Origin: an uncultured Eubacteriales bacterium
GTDB taxonomy: Bacteria > Bacillota > Clostridia > Oscillospirales > CAG-272
Assembly (NCBI GenBank): GCA_900547725.1
Contig: URHR01000003.1
Location: 1 to 62,027 of the forward strand
Length of the DNA stretch: 62,027 nt
Direction of reading: 5' to 3'
The number at the start of each line of letters is the position of its first letter. Position 1 is the stretch's first letter. Of this stretch, positions 26,648 to 35,513 are shown piece by piece. A program made the position numbers and the translations under genes. The notes beneath the pieces were generated by a model. The model did no database searches, was not told the DNA's origin, and saw nothing but the letters and a program-made list of their open reading frames with translations.

Positions 26648-27487
26648 ATGCTTGTCAATCTGCAAACAATCATCGGGATGGCGGAGGCGGGCGGCTTCTG
26701 CGTTCCGGCATTCAATGTGTACAACACCGAGACCCTGATGGGGGTGATTGCGGCGGCGGAGGAAGCGCACGCACCTGTGATTGTGCAGGTCTACCCGCGC
26801 CTGATCAAAGAGGAGGTCGGTTTTTACATCTGTCCCGCGGCGGTTGCGGCGGCAGGACGGGCAAGCGTGCCGGTCTGCCTGCACCTCGATCACGGACCGG
26901 ATTTGTTCTCGGTACAGCGTTCCCTGCGCTGGGGTATGACGGGCATCATGCTGGACGGCTCTACGCACCCGTTGGAGGAAAACATCGCATTGACGAAGCA
27001 GGTGGTGGACCTTTGCGCGGCGGTCGGCGTCGGCGTAGAGGGAGAAATCGGTCATGTCGGAAGCGTCAATGATGCCGCGATGGACGAATTTACGTCTCCC
27101 GATGAGGCGGCGGAATTCGTCAGACAGACCGGTGTGACCTGTCTGGCGGTCCTCATCGGCAACGCGCACGGGCACTACAAAAAGCCGCCGAAGTTGGATA
27201 TCGAGCGGGTCAGAGCCATCCGCAAAGCTACGGGCGGCATTCCGCTTGTTCTGCACGGCGGAAGCGGCATTCCGGACGATCAGGTTCGGGCGGCAATCGC
27301 GGCGGGCGTGCGCAAAATGAACATCGGCACGGATGTCTGCTGTGCCTTTGCGGACGGAACGCAGGAAACGCTGAACGATCCCGCGCGCAGTCTGGCGGTT
27401 GACCTCTTCATGAAGAAGCCGATTGAGTCCGTCAAACGCTTGGCACTCTCCAAAATTGCCCTGACGGGAGCTGAGGGGAAAGCATGA
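26648..27487 (+). CDS. Class II ketose-bisphosphate aldolase family (IolJ / KbaY / GatY-like)
   Basis: 279 aa. Motifs VPAFNVYNTETL, LHLDHG, GEIGHVG and LVLHGGSG are present. Confidence 0.85.
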   Translation: MLVNLQTIIGMAEAGGFCVPAFNVYNTETLMGVIAAAEEAHAPVIVQVYPRLIKEEVGFYICPAAVAAAGRASVPVCLHLDHGPDLFSVQRSLRWGMTGIMLDGSTHPLEENIALTKQVVDLCAAVGVGVEGEIGHVGSVNDAAMDEFTSPDEAAEFVRQTGVTCLAVLIGNAHGHYKKPPKLDIERVRAIRKATGGIPLVLHGGSGIPDDQVRAAIAAGVRKMNIGTDVCCAFADGTQETLNDPARSLAVDLFMKKPIESVKRLALSKIALTGAEGKA

Positions 27488-28398
27488 AGGCGCAGATTGT
27501 CGGGATCGGCGCGTGTGTTGCCGATACGCTGTGGTGTCTGCCGACCTACCCGACCGAGGACACCAAAATGAAAGCGGAAGAATCGCGGCAGGCAGGCGGC
27601 GGACCTGTTGCAACGGGCTTGGTCGCCGCCGCAAAGCTGGGCGCAGATACCGCATTCATCGGGAATCTTGCCGATGATGCAAGCGGGCGGTTTCTGTATT
27701 CGGATTTTGAAAAATACGGCGTGAGGACGGATCTGATTACCACGCTGTCGGGCTACCGCTCCTTTTCGTCCGCGCTCCTGCTTGCCGGGGACAGCGGCAC
27801 CCGCACCTGCGTGTTCGACCGCGGCAATTTGCCGCCGACCGTACTGAATGCGGCGCAAAAGACCGCCATCGCGGAAGCGGAAATCCTGATGGTGGACGGA
27901 AACGACCTGGATGCGGCGGTGGAGGGCGCGGGCATTGCCCATGCCGCAGGGAAACGGGTGCTGTACGATTGCGGCGGGAACTACCCGAACATCGCGCGCC
28001 TGCTGGCGGTCTCGGACATCCTGATTCCGAGCGAGGAATTTGCGCTTGCCGAAACGGGTTGCAAAACCGCCGCCGATGCGGCGAAAGCGCTGTTTGACAC
28101 CTATCATCCTGCCGTGGTGGTCATCACGCAGGGCAGGCGGGGCGGCATCCTGTTTGACGGGACGAAACCAACCGCCTACCCGATTTATCCCGCACGGGTG
28201 GTGGATTCCAACGGGGCGGGGGACGTGTTCCACGGCGCGTTTGCGGCGGCGCTTCTGCGCGGGTATGACTTCCTGACCTGCTGTCATTTTGCGTCCGCAA
28301 CCTCGGCGCTCAAATGCACGGGCATCGGTGCGCGGGAGAGCGTGCCGGATTTTGAAACGGTCAGAACCTATCTGAAGGAGAACGGCTATGAACTTTAA
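27484..28398 (+). CDS. PfkB-family sugar(-acid) kinase (IolC-like by context)
   Basis: 304 aa. GGGPVATG and the anion-hole motif DSNGAGDVFHGAF are present. Its ATGA overlaps the aldolase stop. Confidence 0.8.
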   Translation: MKAQIVGIGACVADTLWCLPTYPTEDTKMKAEESRQAGGGPVATGLVAAAKLGADTAFIGNLADDASGRFLYSDFEKYGVRTDLITTLSGYRSFSSALLLAGDSGTRTCVFDRGNLPPTVLNAAQKTAIAEAEILMVDGNDLDAAVEGAGIAHAAGKRVLYDCGGNYPNIARLLAVSDILIPSEEFALAETGCKTAADAAKALFDTYHPAVVVITQGRRGGILFDGTKPTAYPIYPARVVDSNGAGDVFHGAFAAALLRGYDFLTCCHFASATSALKCTGIGARESVPDFETVRTYLKENGYEL

Positions 28399-29176
28399 GA
28401 AAACCTATCACCCCGCAAAGGGGTATACCGAGATCTGCAAAATTGGGGAATGCAGTCTGCACCGCCTGTCGTTCGGGATCATCGAGCTGGACGCGGGGGA
28501 CAAACTGCCGTTTGAAACGGGGGACAAAGAGACGGCGTTCGTTATGCTGTCGGGACACTGCAATGTCCGCTCCGGTGAAGCCGAATGGCGAAACATCGGC
28601 AACCGCCAAACGGTATTCGAGAACCGCCGCGCCGAGTGCGTCTACCTGCCGCGCGACTACTGCTGTGAGATTGAAGCCATCGACCGTGTCAAAATCGCGG
28701 TCTGCGCAACGCCGGTTGACCGCAAGACCGAGCCGCAGGTTCTGCGCGAGGACCATGCGGTTCTGAAACGGTTGGGACGCGTTCCGTTTGAGCGGGAGAC
28801 GAGTTTTCTGGTGGACGGCAACAGCAACGCGCTGAAACTGACAATCGGCGAGGCATACTGCACCGAGGGCAACTGGGCGGGCTTCCCGCCGCACAAGCAT
28901 GACACCGACGATATGCCGCGCGAGTGCATTGCCGAGGAAATCTACTATTTCCTGTTCGAGCCGGAGCAGGGCTTTGCGGTGCAGTGCGTCTACACGGCAG
29001 ACGGTAAGGTGGACGAAGCCTACCGCGTGAAGAATGACGAACTGGTGGAGTTCCCGTACGGCTACCACACCACCGTTGCGACGCCGGGTTACCAAACCTA
29101 CTTTCTGTGGCTCATGTCCGGTGACCATCAGGGCTTCAACCGTTCGAACGACCCTGCGCACGACTGGGTGAGGTAA
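28388..29176 (+). CDS. iolB: 5-deoxy-glucuronate isomerase family (IolB/KduI cupin)
   Basis: 262 aa. GNWAGFPPHKHD, EEIYYF, QGFAVQCVYT and NDPAHDWV align with the B. subtilis IolB blocks (GNWSSYPPHKHD, EETYYH, QGFVFQRVYT, NDPAHEW) as I recall them. Confidence 0.75.
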   Translation: MNFKKTYHPAKGYTEICKIGECSLHRLSFGIIELDAGDKLPFETGDKETAFVMLSGHCNVRSGEAEWRNIGNRQTVFENRRAECVYLPRDYCCEIEAIDRVKIAVCATPVDRKTEPQVLREDHAVLKRLGRVPFERETSFLVDGNSNALKLTIGEAYCTEGNWAGFPPHKHDTDDMPRECIAEEIYYFLFEPEQGFAVQCVYTADGKVDEAYRVKNDELVEFPYGYHTTVATPGYQTYFLWLMSGDHQGFNRSNDPAHDWVR

Positions 29177-29269
29177 GACCTTGAGGCTCTGCCTCAAACT
29201 CCGTTCAAGGAACTTTTTGAAAAAAGTTCCTTGAAAATCTTCAAAAACTTTCACTGAGGGGGGCTCCCC
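29174..29269 (-). repeat. Leader-element family, inverted and decayed copy (L2')
   Basis: TAAGACCTTGAGGCTCTGCCTCAA...CAAGGAACTTTTTGAAAAAAGTTCCTTG...ACTTTCACTGAGGGGGGCTCCCC. Its last 23 nt (29247..29269) are the perfect reverse complement of 29306..29328. Confidence 0.65.
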
Positions 29270-29305
29270 ATACAAAAGAAAGCACTGAACATGGGTTCTG
29301 CATAC

Positions 29306-29401
29306 GGGGAGCCCCCCTCAGTGAAAGTTCTTGGGGGTTCTCAGGGGACTTCTTCCAAGAAGTCCCCTGAGCAGGGTTTGGGACAGCGTCCCAAGGTCTT
29401 A
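29306..29401 (+). repeat. SD-abutting double-hairpin leader element, copy L2
   Basis: GGGGAGCCCCCCTCAGTGAAAGTTCTTGGGGGTT-CTCAGGGGACTTCTTCCAAGAAGTCCCCTGAG-CAGGGTTT-GGGACAGCGTCCC-AAGGTCTTA is followed directly by AGGAGGAGAT-ATG (29412). Confidence 0.75.
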
Positions 29402-29411
29402 AGGAGGAGAT

Positions 29412-30065
29412 ATGAGTTATCAGGAATTAAGAAAGAAAAATCCGGGACTGCCGCTGATCGATGTGTCCTCGGCAGAGTTTTCGGACTACGGGAGACTGCT
29501 GGCGCTGGACTGCACGGAGATTCTGGCGGCGGCGCGGGAGATTCCCATGCCGGAGGGCGGCTCGGTCTATCTGCCGGGGGTGGAGGCGTTTGAGCGACTG
29601 CCGATTGCGAAAACGGTTCGGGATACGGTGTTCGGAACGCTGGATACGCAGTTGGGCTACTGCTACGGCTTCAACGACCGGCTGAATGCAACCGAATGGC
29701 ACGCGTCAAGCGAGGTCAACATCGCAGTGACCGATCTTGTGCTGATTCTCGGCAGACGGCAGGAGATTGACGCACGGGGAATGCTTCATTCCGCACGCAT
29801 GAAAGCATTTTTCCTGCCTGCCGGGAGCGCTGTGGAAATCTATGCAACCACGCTCCACTTCTGCCCCTGTCAGGCACAGGCCGGTGGCTTTGGCTGTGTG
29901 GTGGGTCTGCCGAAGGGGACGAATCTGCCGCTTGACGAAAAGCCGGACGATCCGCTTCTGTTCCGCCGCAACAAGTGGCTTCTGGCGCATGAAACGAATA
30001 CCGATCTGATTGCACGCGGCGCGGTCGCGGGCATTACGGGAGAAAACCTATGCGTTATACATTAG
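29412..30065 (+). CDS. Uncharacterised 217-aa protein (possibly DUF4867-like; unverified)
   Basis: It has a strong SD (AGGAGG) and coding-like composition, and it overlaps the next gene by 16 nt. I recognise no catalytic motif. Confidence 0.5.
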   Translation: MSYQELRKKNPGLPLIDVSSAEFSDYGRLLALDCTEILAAAREIPMPEGGSVYLPGVEAFERLPIAKTVRDTVFGTLDTQLGYCYGFNDRLNATEWHASSEVNIAVTDLVLILGRRQEIDARGMLHSARMKAFFLPAGSAVEIYATTLHFCPCQAQAGGFGCVVGLPKGTNLPLDEKPDDPLLFRRNKWLLAHETNTDLIARGAVAGITGENLCVIH

Positions 30066-31525
30066 GCATCGACTTCGGCGGCGGAGCGGCGAAAGCGACC
30101 CTGCTTTGCGCGGACGGGCAAATCGCCGCCACCCATACCGTGGAGTATCCGACCGCACATCCGACCGCCCGCGCGTGCGAGCAGAATCCCGCCGACTGGT
30201 GGCGGGCGCTCTGCACCTGCACGCGGGAGGTTCTTCGGAAAGGGAACATCCGGGCCGGGGAGATTGCCGCAGTCGCATTGGATTCCGCCACGCATTCGGC
30301 GGTGGTCTGCGACGGGAATATGACCCCCCTGCGCCCCTGCATCCATTGGACGGACAGCCGGAGCGCGGAGCAGGCGGCAGGACTGCGGCAGACGCACGGC
30401 GCGGAGATTTTTGCAAAAACCTACCACAGCCCCGACACCGTCTGGACGCTTCCGCAGTTGTTGTGGCTGAGGGAAACCGAGCCGCAGATTTACGAAAAAA
30501 TTCGGTATGTTCTGTTTGAAAAGGACTGGCTTCGCTACCGCCTGACCGGAGTCCTCTGCACCGACCGCATCGAGGCGGCGGGGAGTATGCTTTACAACTG
30601 CGAACGCGGAGAATGGGATTCCGACCTGTGCGCGCTTGCCGGGCTGACGGCGGGACAGCTCCCGCCGCTCTGCGCGCCAACCGATTCCGCCGGAACCGTC
30701 ACCGCGACAGCCGCCGCAAAAACGGGGCTGGCAGAGGGGACGCCCGTCATCTGCGGAACAACCGATACCTGTATGGAAATTCTGGCATCGGGAGCGGTCC
30801 GCGAGGGGAACATGACCGTCAAGCTCGCCACGGCAGGGCGCATCTGCGTGATCACCGACCACGCCTGCCCCGACCGTCAGCTGGTCTGCTATCCCCACGC
30901 CGTGCGCGGGCTGTGGTATCCCGGAACAGCAACAAAAGCCGCCGCGTCCGCTCTGCGCTGGTATCGCGACACCTTCGGGGGCAGCTACCGGGAGATTGAC
31001 GCCGCCGCCGAAACGGTTTCCGTCGGCTGTGAGGGGCTGATGTTCCACCCGTATCTCAACGGCGAACTGACCCCGTATGCCGACCCCGCCCTGTGCGGCA
31101 GTTTCGTCGGCGTGCGCTCCACCCATACGAAAGCCCACTTTGCCCGCGCGGTACTGGAGGGCGTTGCGCTCTCGCTTCTCGATTGCTACCGCTATCTGGA
31201 AACGCTCGGCATTCCGCACGGGAATACCGCCACGCTCATCGGCGGCGGCGCGGGCAGTCCGCTGTGGGGGCAGATTGTTTCGGATTGTCTGGGATTGACC
31301 CTGACCGTCACCGAAAACAGCGATTCCTCCCTTGGCTCTGCCATGCTTGCGGGTGTCGCGGTCGGGCTGTTCGGCGGCTATGACCAAGCCGTGGCGCACT
31401 GCGTCCGCACGGTTCGGACGCTGACCCCGAATGAAGAGAACACGAAGCGCTACGCGGAACTGTACAAAACCTACCGCCGCGTGCATGACGCACTGGCGCC
31501 GATCTACAGCGGAGGGGAGACATGA
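30050..31525 (+). CDS. FGGY-family carbohydrate kinase (xylulokinase-like)
   Basis: 491 aa. It has the MRYTLGIDFGGGAAKATLL phosphate-1 motif, HPYLNGELTPY, and GGGAGSPLWGQIVSD. Confidence 0.85.
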   Translation: MRYTLGIDFGGGAAKATLLCADGQIAATHTVEYPTAHPTARACEQNPADWWRALCTCTREVLRKGNIRAGEIAAVALDSATHSAVVCDGNMTPLRPCIHWTDSRSAEQAAGLRQTHGAEIFAKTYHSPDTVWTLPQLLWLRETEPQIYEKIRYVLFEKDWLRYRLTGVLCTDRIEAAGSMLYNCERGEWDSDLCALAGLTAGQLPPLCAPTDSAGTVTATAAAKTGLAEGTPVICGTTDTCMEILASGAVREGNMTVKLATAGRICVITDHACPDRQLVCYPHAVRGLWYPGTATKAAASALRWYRDTFGGSYREIDAAAETVSVGCEGLMFHPYLNGELTPYADPALCGSFVGVRSTHTKAHFARAVLEGVALSLLDCYRYLETLGIPHGNTATLIGGGAGSPLWGQIVSDCLGLTLTVTENSDSSLGSAMLAGVAVGLFGGYDQAVAHCVRTVRTLTPNEENTKRYAELYKTYRRVHDALAPIYSGGET

Positions 31526-32901
31526 GGATTGCGGTCTGCGTGCGGCAGGGACTTGACGGCGAGTTGAACCCGTTTGACGCATCGGCATATGAGATTGCCC
31601 TGTCGGAAGCGGGTGCGGAGGTGATTCTCGTCAGCATGGGCGTTCCCAAAACTGCCGATCTGCTCCTGCACCTGACCCGTCTCGGCGCGTCCCGTGCGAT
31701 CCTGCTGTCCGATCCGATCTTTTCCGGTTCGGATACGCTGGCAACCGCCTATGTGCTGTCCCGCGCGATGGAAAAGCTGAAGCCCGACCGCATTCTCTGC
31801 GGCAGAAAGACGCTGATCGGAGACACGGGGCAGGTGCCGCCGATGCTCGCGGAGATGGCGGGCTATGAATTCCTGCCCGATGTGCTGACCGTTGCCGACG
31901 GGAATGCCGTGACACGCGAGGGAAACCGCAGACTTCCGCCCCGCGCCCTGCTTGCGGCGGAAAAGCAGGCGGTTCTGCGATTGCCGTCCCTGCTGTCCCG
32001 CGTGGGAACGGTGGAAACATGGAACGCCGCCGACATCGGGGCTGACCCCGTGCGGTGCGGGCTGAACGGCTCGCCCACACGGGTGCTTGAAACCCGGGAG
32101 AACACCGCAGGCAGACGGAAATGCCGCATTCTTCAGCCGCGCGACCTGCCGGAAATCCTTGCCGAAGCCCTGCGGGAGAGACGGGAACAGAGCGCACCGC
32201 AGGGGAACGGGGAAAAGCTTCCGTGCGTTCTGTCGGTCGGCTCGGAAGCCATGTCCTTTGCGCGGACGGTCTGCGACAATCCGCAGGAAATTCCGTTATG
32301 CTCTGCCTCGGAACTGGCAGAAGTCATTGCGCAAAAAAAGCCGGATGCGGTGCTGTTCGGGAATGATCCCGCATCACGGGAGACTGCCGCGAGGCTGGCG
32401 GCGAGGGAAAAGCTCGGACTGTGCGCCGACTGTACCGCCGTGACCGCAGAGAACGGGAGGGCTGTTCTGTACCGCCCCGCGTTGTCGGGCAGTCTGATTG
32501 CAAAGATTGTGTCGGAGACGACACCGGCACTGGCAACCGTCCGATGCCGCACCGAGCGGAGCGCGTCCCTGATCGTTGCGGCTGGCTACGGCGTGCGGAA
32601 ACAATTGGACACGGTACGAGCCATGGCGACCCGCCTCGGCGCGGACTTTGCCGTCTCGCGCAAACTGGTGGACGGCGGCTTTGCCCCGTACCGCGAGCAG
32701 GTGGGGCTGACCGGAAAGACCGTTTCCCCTGCGGTTTATCTTGCCGTCGGCATTTCGGGCGCGGTGCATCACCTTGCGGGAATGGATCGCTCCGGCACGG
32801 TCATCGCCGTCAATCCCGACCCGCACGCGCCGATTTTTGATTATGCGGATTACGGTATCCGCTGCTCATTTGAAGAATTGGAGGATTTGTATCATGCTTG
32901 A
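31522..32901 (+). CDS. Single-chain electron-transfer flavoprotein (EtfB-like N-terminal half fused to EtfA-like C-terminal half)
   Basis: 459 aa. The N-terminus MRIAVCVRQGLDGELNPFDASAYEIAL...SGSDTLATAYVL is EtfB-like. The C-terminus VYLAVGISGAVHHLAGMDRSGTVIAVNPDPHAPIFDYADYGI matches the EtfA FAD-binding signature. Its ATGA overlaps the FGGY stop. Confidence 0.75.
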   Translation: MRIAVCVRQGLDGELNPFDASAYEIALSEAGAEVILVSMGVPKTADLLLHLTRLGASRAILLSDPIFSGSDTLATAYVLSRAMEKLKPDRILCGRKTLIGDTGQVPPMLAEMAGYEFLPDVLTVADGNAVTREGNRRLPPRALLAAEKQAVLRLPSLLSRVGTVETWNAADIGADPVRCGLNGSPTRVLETRENTAGRRKCRILQPRDLPEILAEALRERREQSAPQGNGEKLPCVLSVGSEAMSFARTVCDNPQEIPLCSASELAEVIAQKKPDAVLFGNDPASRETAARLAAREKLGLCADCTAVTAENGRAVLYRPALSGSLIAKIVSETTPALATVRCRTERSASLIVAAGYGVRKQLDTVRAMATRLGADFAVSRKLVDGGFAPYREQVGLTGKTVSPAVYLAVGISGAVHHLAGMDRSGTVIAVNPDPHAPIFDYADYGIRCSFEELEDLYHA

Positions 32902-34297
32902 CTATCGGGTAAAAATCGGTCTTGTCGCCATGCGGCGCAACACCACAGACCGCCCGCGCGGAACTTTTCTGACCTGGTATTCCGCCGAACAGCGGGAGAA
33001 AAAGAATCTTGATTATATCGAAAGCCACTTTGCAGGTGATCACGTCAGCTTTACCGATCAACGCGGACTGGGACACAACGATCTGATTTTTGACGCGGCG
33101 AGTGCGCAGGCGGTCGTTGAGCGGTTTCGCAGGGAAAATGTGGACGCGGTGATGATCATCAACTGCAATTTCGGAAACGAGGAAGCGGCGGCGGACATCG
33201 CGCAGGCGCTCGGCAAGCCGGTTCTTCTGTGGGCGCCGCTGGATGACGAATACTATGCGGACGGAATGCGTCCGACCGACTCGCAGTGCGGGCTGTTCGG
33301 CGTGTCGCGGCAGCTGCAACGGTTCCGCATCCCGTTCTCGCATCTGCCGTGCTGTCGGGTGGAATCTCCGGAATTCCGGGAGGGCTTTGAGCGCTTCGTG
33401 CGCGTTGTCTGCATGGTCAAAAATTTCCGCGGGATGCGCATCGGTCAGCTTGGAACGCGTCCCGCGCCCTTCTTCTCGGTCATCTGGAACGAGGGCGAGC
33501 TGATGGAGCAGTTCGGGGTGAAGATTGTTCCTATCAACTTTGCCACGCTTGAGCAGAGAATGAAGGAAGCGCCGGAGAAGTATGCGGAGGAAATTGCGGA
33601 ATACGAGCGGTATTTCACCCACAACTTCCGTCTCGATGACCTGACCCCGCCGCAAATCAAACCCATGGCAACGCTTGCGGCAACCTACCGCCACCTGTTT
33701 GAGGAGTTCGACCTCGACGTTCTTTCCGCCGAATGCTGGACGGCAACGCCCGTGATGTTTGCGGGGCTGGCACCCTGCGCGGTCTACGGACTGCTGAACG
33801 ATCTCGGATATTTGGTTTCCTGCGAGAGCGACCTGCACTGTGCCATGACCATGGCACTCCTGAAGTGCGCAACGATGGGGGAGGGCAAGCCGCTGTTCGG
33901 GGAATTCACTGTGCGGCATCCCGAAAACAAAAACGCAGAGCTGCTCTGGCACTGCGGACCGTTCCCGCTCTCGCAGAAAGCCCCGGACAGCGAGGCAAGA
34001 CTGGTCAACCAGCGCGAATGGTTCCGCGGAAAGGACGGCGACTATACCGTGGCGCGCATTGACCGCGAGACCGGCGGGCAGTATGTCATCCTCCCGCTCC
34101 ATTGCCATACCACCGATGGCCCTTTGACGCACGGCACTTACATCTGGGGCGAATTTGAGGACCTGCAGGCAGTGGAGGACAAGCTCCTTGACGGTCCTTA
34201 CATCCACCATTTCGTCGAAATGCAGGGCGACTACCGCAAGGAAATCCAAGAGTTCTGCAAGTATTTCCCGAACCTGAAAGTCGATCGGGTGGAATGA
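32894..34297 (+). CDS. FucI/AraA-superfamily sugar isomerase-like protein
   Basis: ORF 32741..34297. I moved the start to ATG 32894 (MLDYRVKIGLVAMRR; GGAGGA upstream; 8-nt overlap with the ETF gene). At 467 aa it has the size and N-terminal pattern of short L-fucose-isomerase-family proteins. The family call is tentative. Confidence 0.55.
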   Translation: MLDYRVKIGLVAMRRNTTDRPRGTFLTWYSAEQREKKNLDYIESHFAGDHVSFTDQRGLGHNDLIFDAASAQAVVERFRRENVDAVMIINCNFGNEEAAADIAQALGKPVLLWAPLDDEYYADGMRPTDSQCGLFGVSRQLQRFRIPFSHLPCCRVESPEFREGFERFVRVVCMVKNFRGMRIGQLGTRPAPFFSVIWNEGELMEQFGVKIVPINFATLEQRMKEAPEKYAEEIAEYERYFTHNFRLDDLTPPQIKPMATLAATYRHLFEEFDLDVLSAECWTATPVMFAGLAPCAVYGLLNDLGYLVSCESDLHCAMTMALLKCATMGEGKPLFGEFTVRHPENKNAELLWHCGPFPLSQKAPDSEARLVNQREWFRGKDGDYTVARIDRETGGQYVILPLHCHTTDGPLTHGTYIWGEFEDLQAVEDKLLDGPYIHHFVEMQGDYRKEIQEFCKYFPNLKVDRVE

Positions 34298-34500
34298 AGC
34301 GGTTTTTGCGATAAACGAATCGGGAGGCAATGAGATTGTGAGGAATCCAAAAGCCTGTCACTGCCGCCGATTTCCGGGGCAGAGAAGGCGGACATCCCCT
34401 TGCCGGATACTTGGAAAGACCGTATGACCTGAAAAATTGAATCCCATACAGGCGAATGAGAAGTTTTTTCGCGTCCGACGACGCGGCGGATGAAACGCTC

Positions 34501-35364
34501 TCATTCGCCTTCTTTCAATCTGCTCTGCAAATTTCTGATTTTCCACTTAAGCGGAGTGGTTCCCGTATATTTCCGAAAGAGCTTATAAAGGTGGGATGTG
34601 TCATAAAGTCCCAATTGTTCGGATATGTCCTCCAGCGTGATTTCCGAGGTGTTCAACAGCTCCTTGGCTTTTTCTACCCGACTCCGGTTGATGTATTCCA
34701 TCGGCGAGTAGCCCAGCTGACTCCGAAAGCGTCTGCGCAGGGAGGATTCGCTGGTGGCAAAATGCTTTGCAATATCGGCAATGGACGGGTTTTTATCCAG
34801 ACCGGAGTCGATGTAGTCCAGAATCGGTTGAAGCGTATGTTCCGAGGCGGACTGATTCTGCAGATTCAGGATCAGGTGATGGATCAGGTTCAGCAACCGG
34901 CTTTTGGCGGAGAGCATCTTTTGCGTTTTATAGTCCGTCACCGCCGCTTCGAATTTCTGCCGGTAATATTCGTTGGTATCCACGGTCAGAATTTCCGGCT
35001 CTGTGCCGACCGTAATGCGACTGCCGGACGGATCGCAGAGCGAAAAATTCAGCAGCAGGGTCGCGGGCTGGGTGTCGGTATCGTCCAACAGAAATTCCAC
35101 CATGTACCGACACCCCTGCGGAACGGAAATGACCGAATTCCGCCTGCCGTGCAGAATCCTGCCGTCGGTCAGGGTGTAGCGTGCCTCGCGGCATAAAATA
35201 ATCGTCAGCCCGTTATCCGGGCGCGGCGCATCCAGATAGACGAATTTTGAATGATTTTTCCATGGCTGTCGCAATCCGACAACCGAAAAGATTTGTGCAT
35301 CTATACTGTTTAGATTGAGTAATTTTACCAGTTCCATATGAAAGCCTCTCAAAATTATTTTCAT
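34501..35364 (-). CDS. AraC-family transcriptional regulator
   Basis: 287 aa. The C-terminal HTH is IADIAKHFATSESSLRRRFRSQLGYSPMEYINRSRVEKAKELL...LGLYDTSHLYKLFRKYTGTTP. Confidence 0.85.
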   Translation of the reverse strand: MKIILRGFHMELVKLLNLNSIDAQIFSVVGLRQPWKNHSKFVYLDAPRPDNGLTIILCREARYTLTDGRILHGRRNSVISVPQGCRYMVEFLLDDTDTQPATLLLNFSLCDPSGSRITVGTEPEILTVDTNEYYRQKFEAAVTDYKTQKMLSAKSRLLNLIHHLILNLQNQSASEHTLQPILDYIDSGLDKNPSIADIAKHFATSESSLRRRFRSQLGYSPMEYINRSRVEKAKELLNTSEITLEDISEQLGLYDTSHLYKLFRKYTGTTPLKWKIRNLQSRLKEGE

Positions 35365-35436
35365 TTCGGGCGGTTATCCTATATTTTATTATAACACAAA
35401 TGACCGGATTTTACAATAAGTAAACCGAAATATACA

Positions 35437-35465
35437 TTGATTTGTCCTGCTTTTTGTTATATAAT
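35437..35465 (+). promoter_or_regulatory. Sigma-A-type promoter of the GH30-GH29 operon
   Basis: TTGATT (35437..35442), a 17-nt spacer, and TATAAT (35460..35465). It lies in the divergent region between AraC and GH30. Confidence 0.55.
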
Positions 35466-35513
35466 ACAGATGATACAATCTTAACCGGGCAGATCCGGCG
35501 GGGAGAATACAAA

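Noticed and set aside
29291-29593. ORFs translating the leader repeats into recurring peptides (PPSVKVL...KKSP.QGLGQ.PKVL). These are also seen at 28361..29275(-), 60316..60630(-) and 60242..60463(+).
   Set aside because: The recurring peptide is a by-product of the repeated palindromic DNA. The frames run into or out of real genes in the wrong frame, lack SD sequences, and appear on both strands of the same element.
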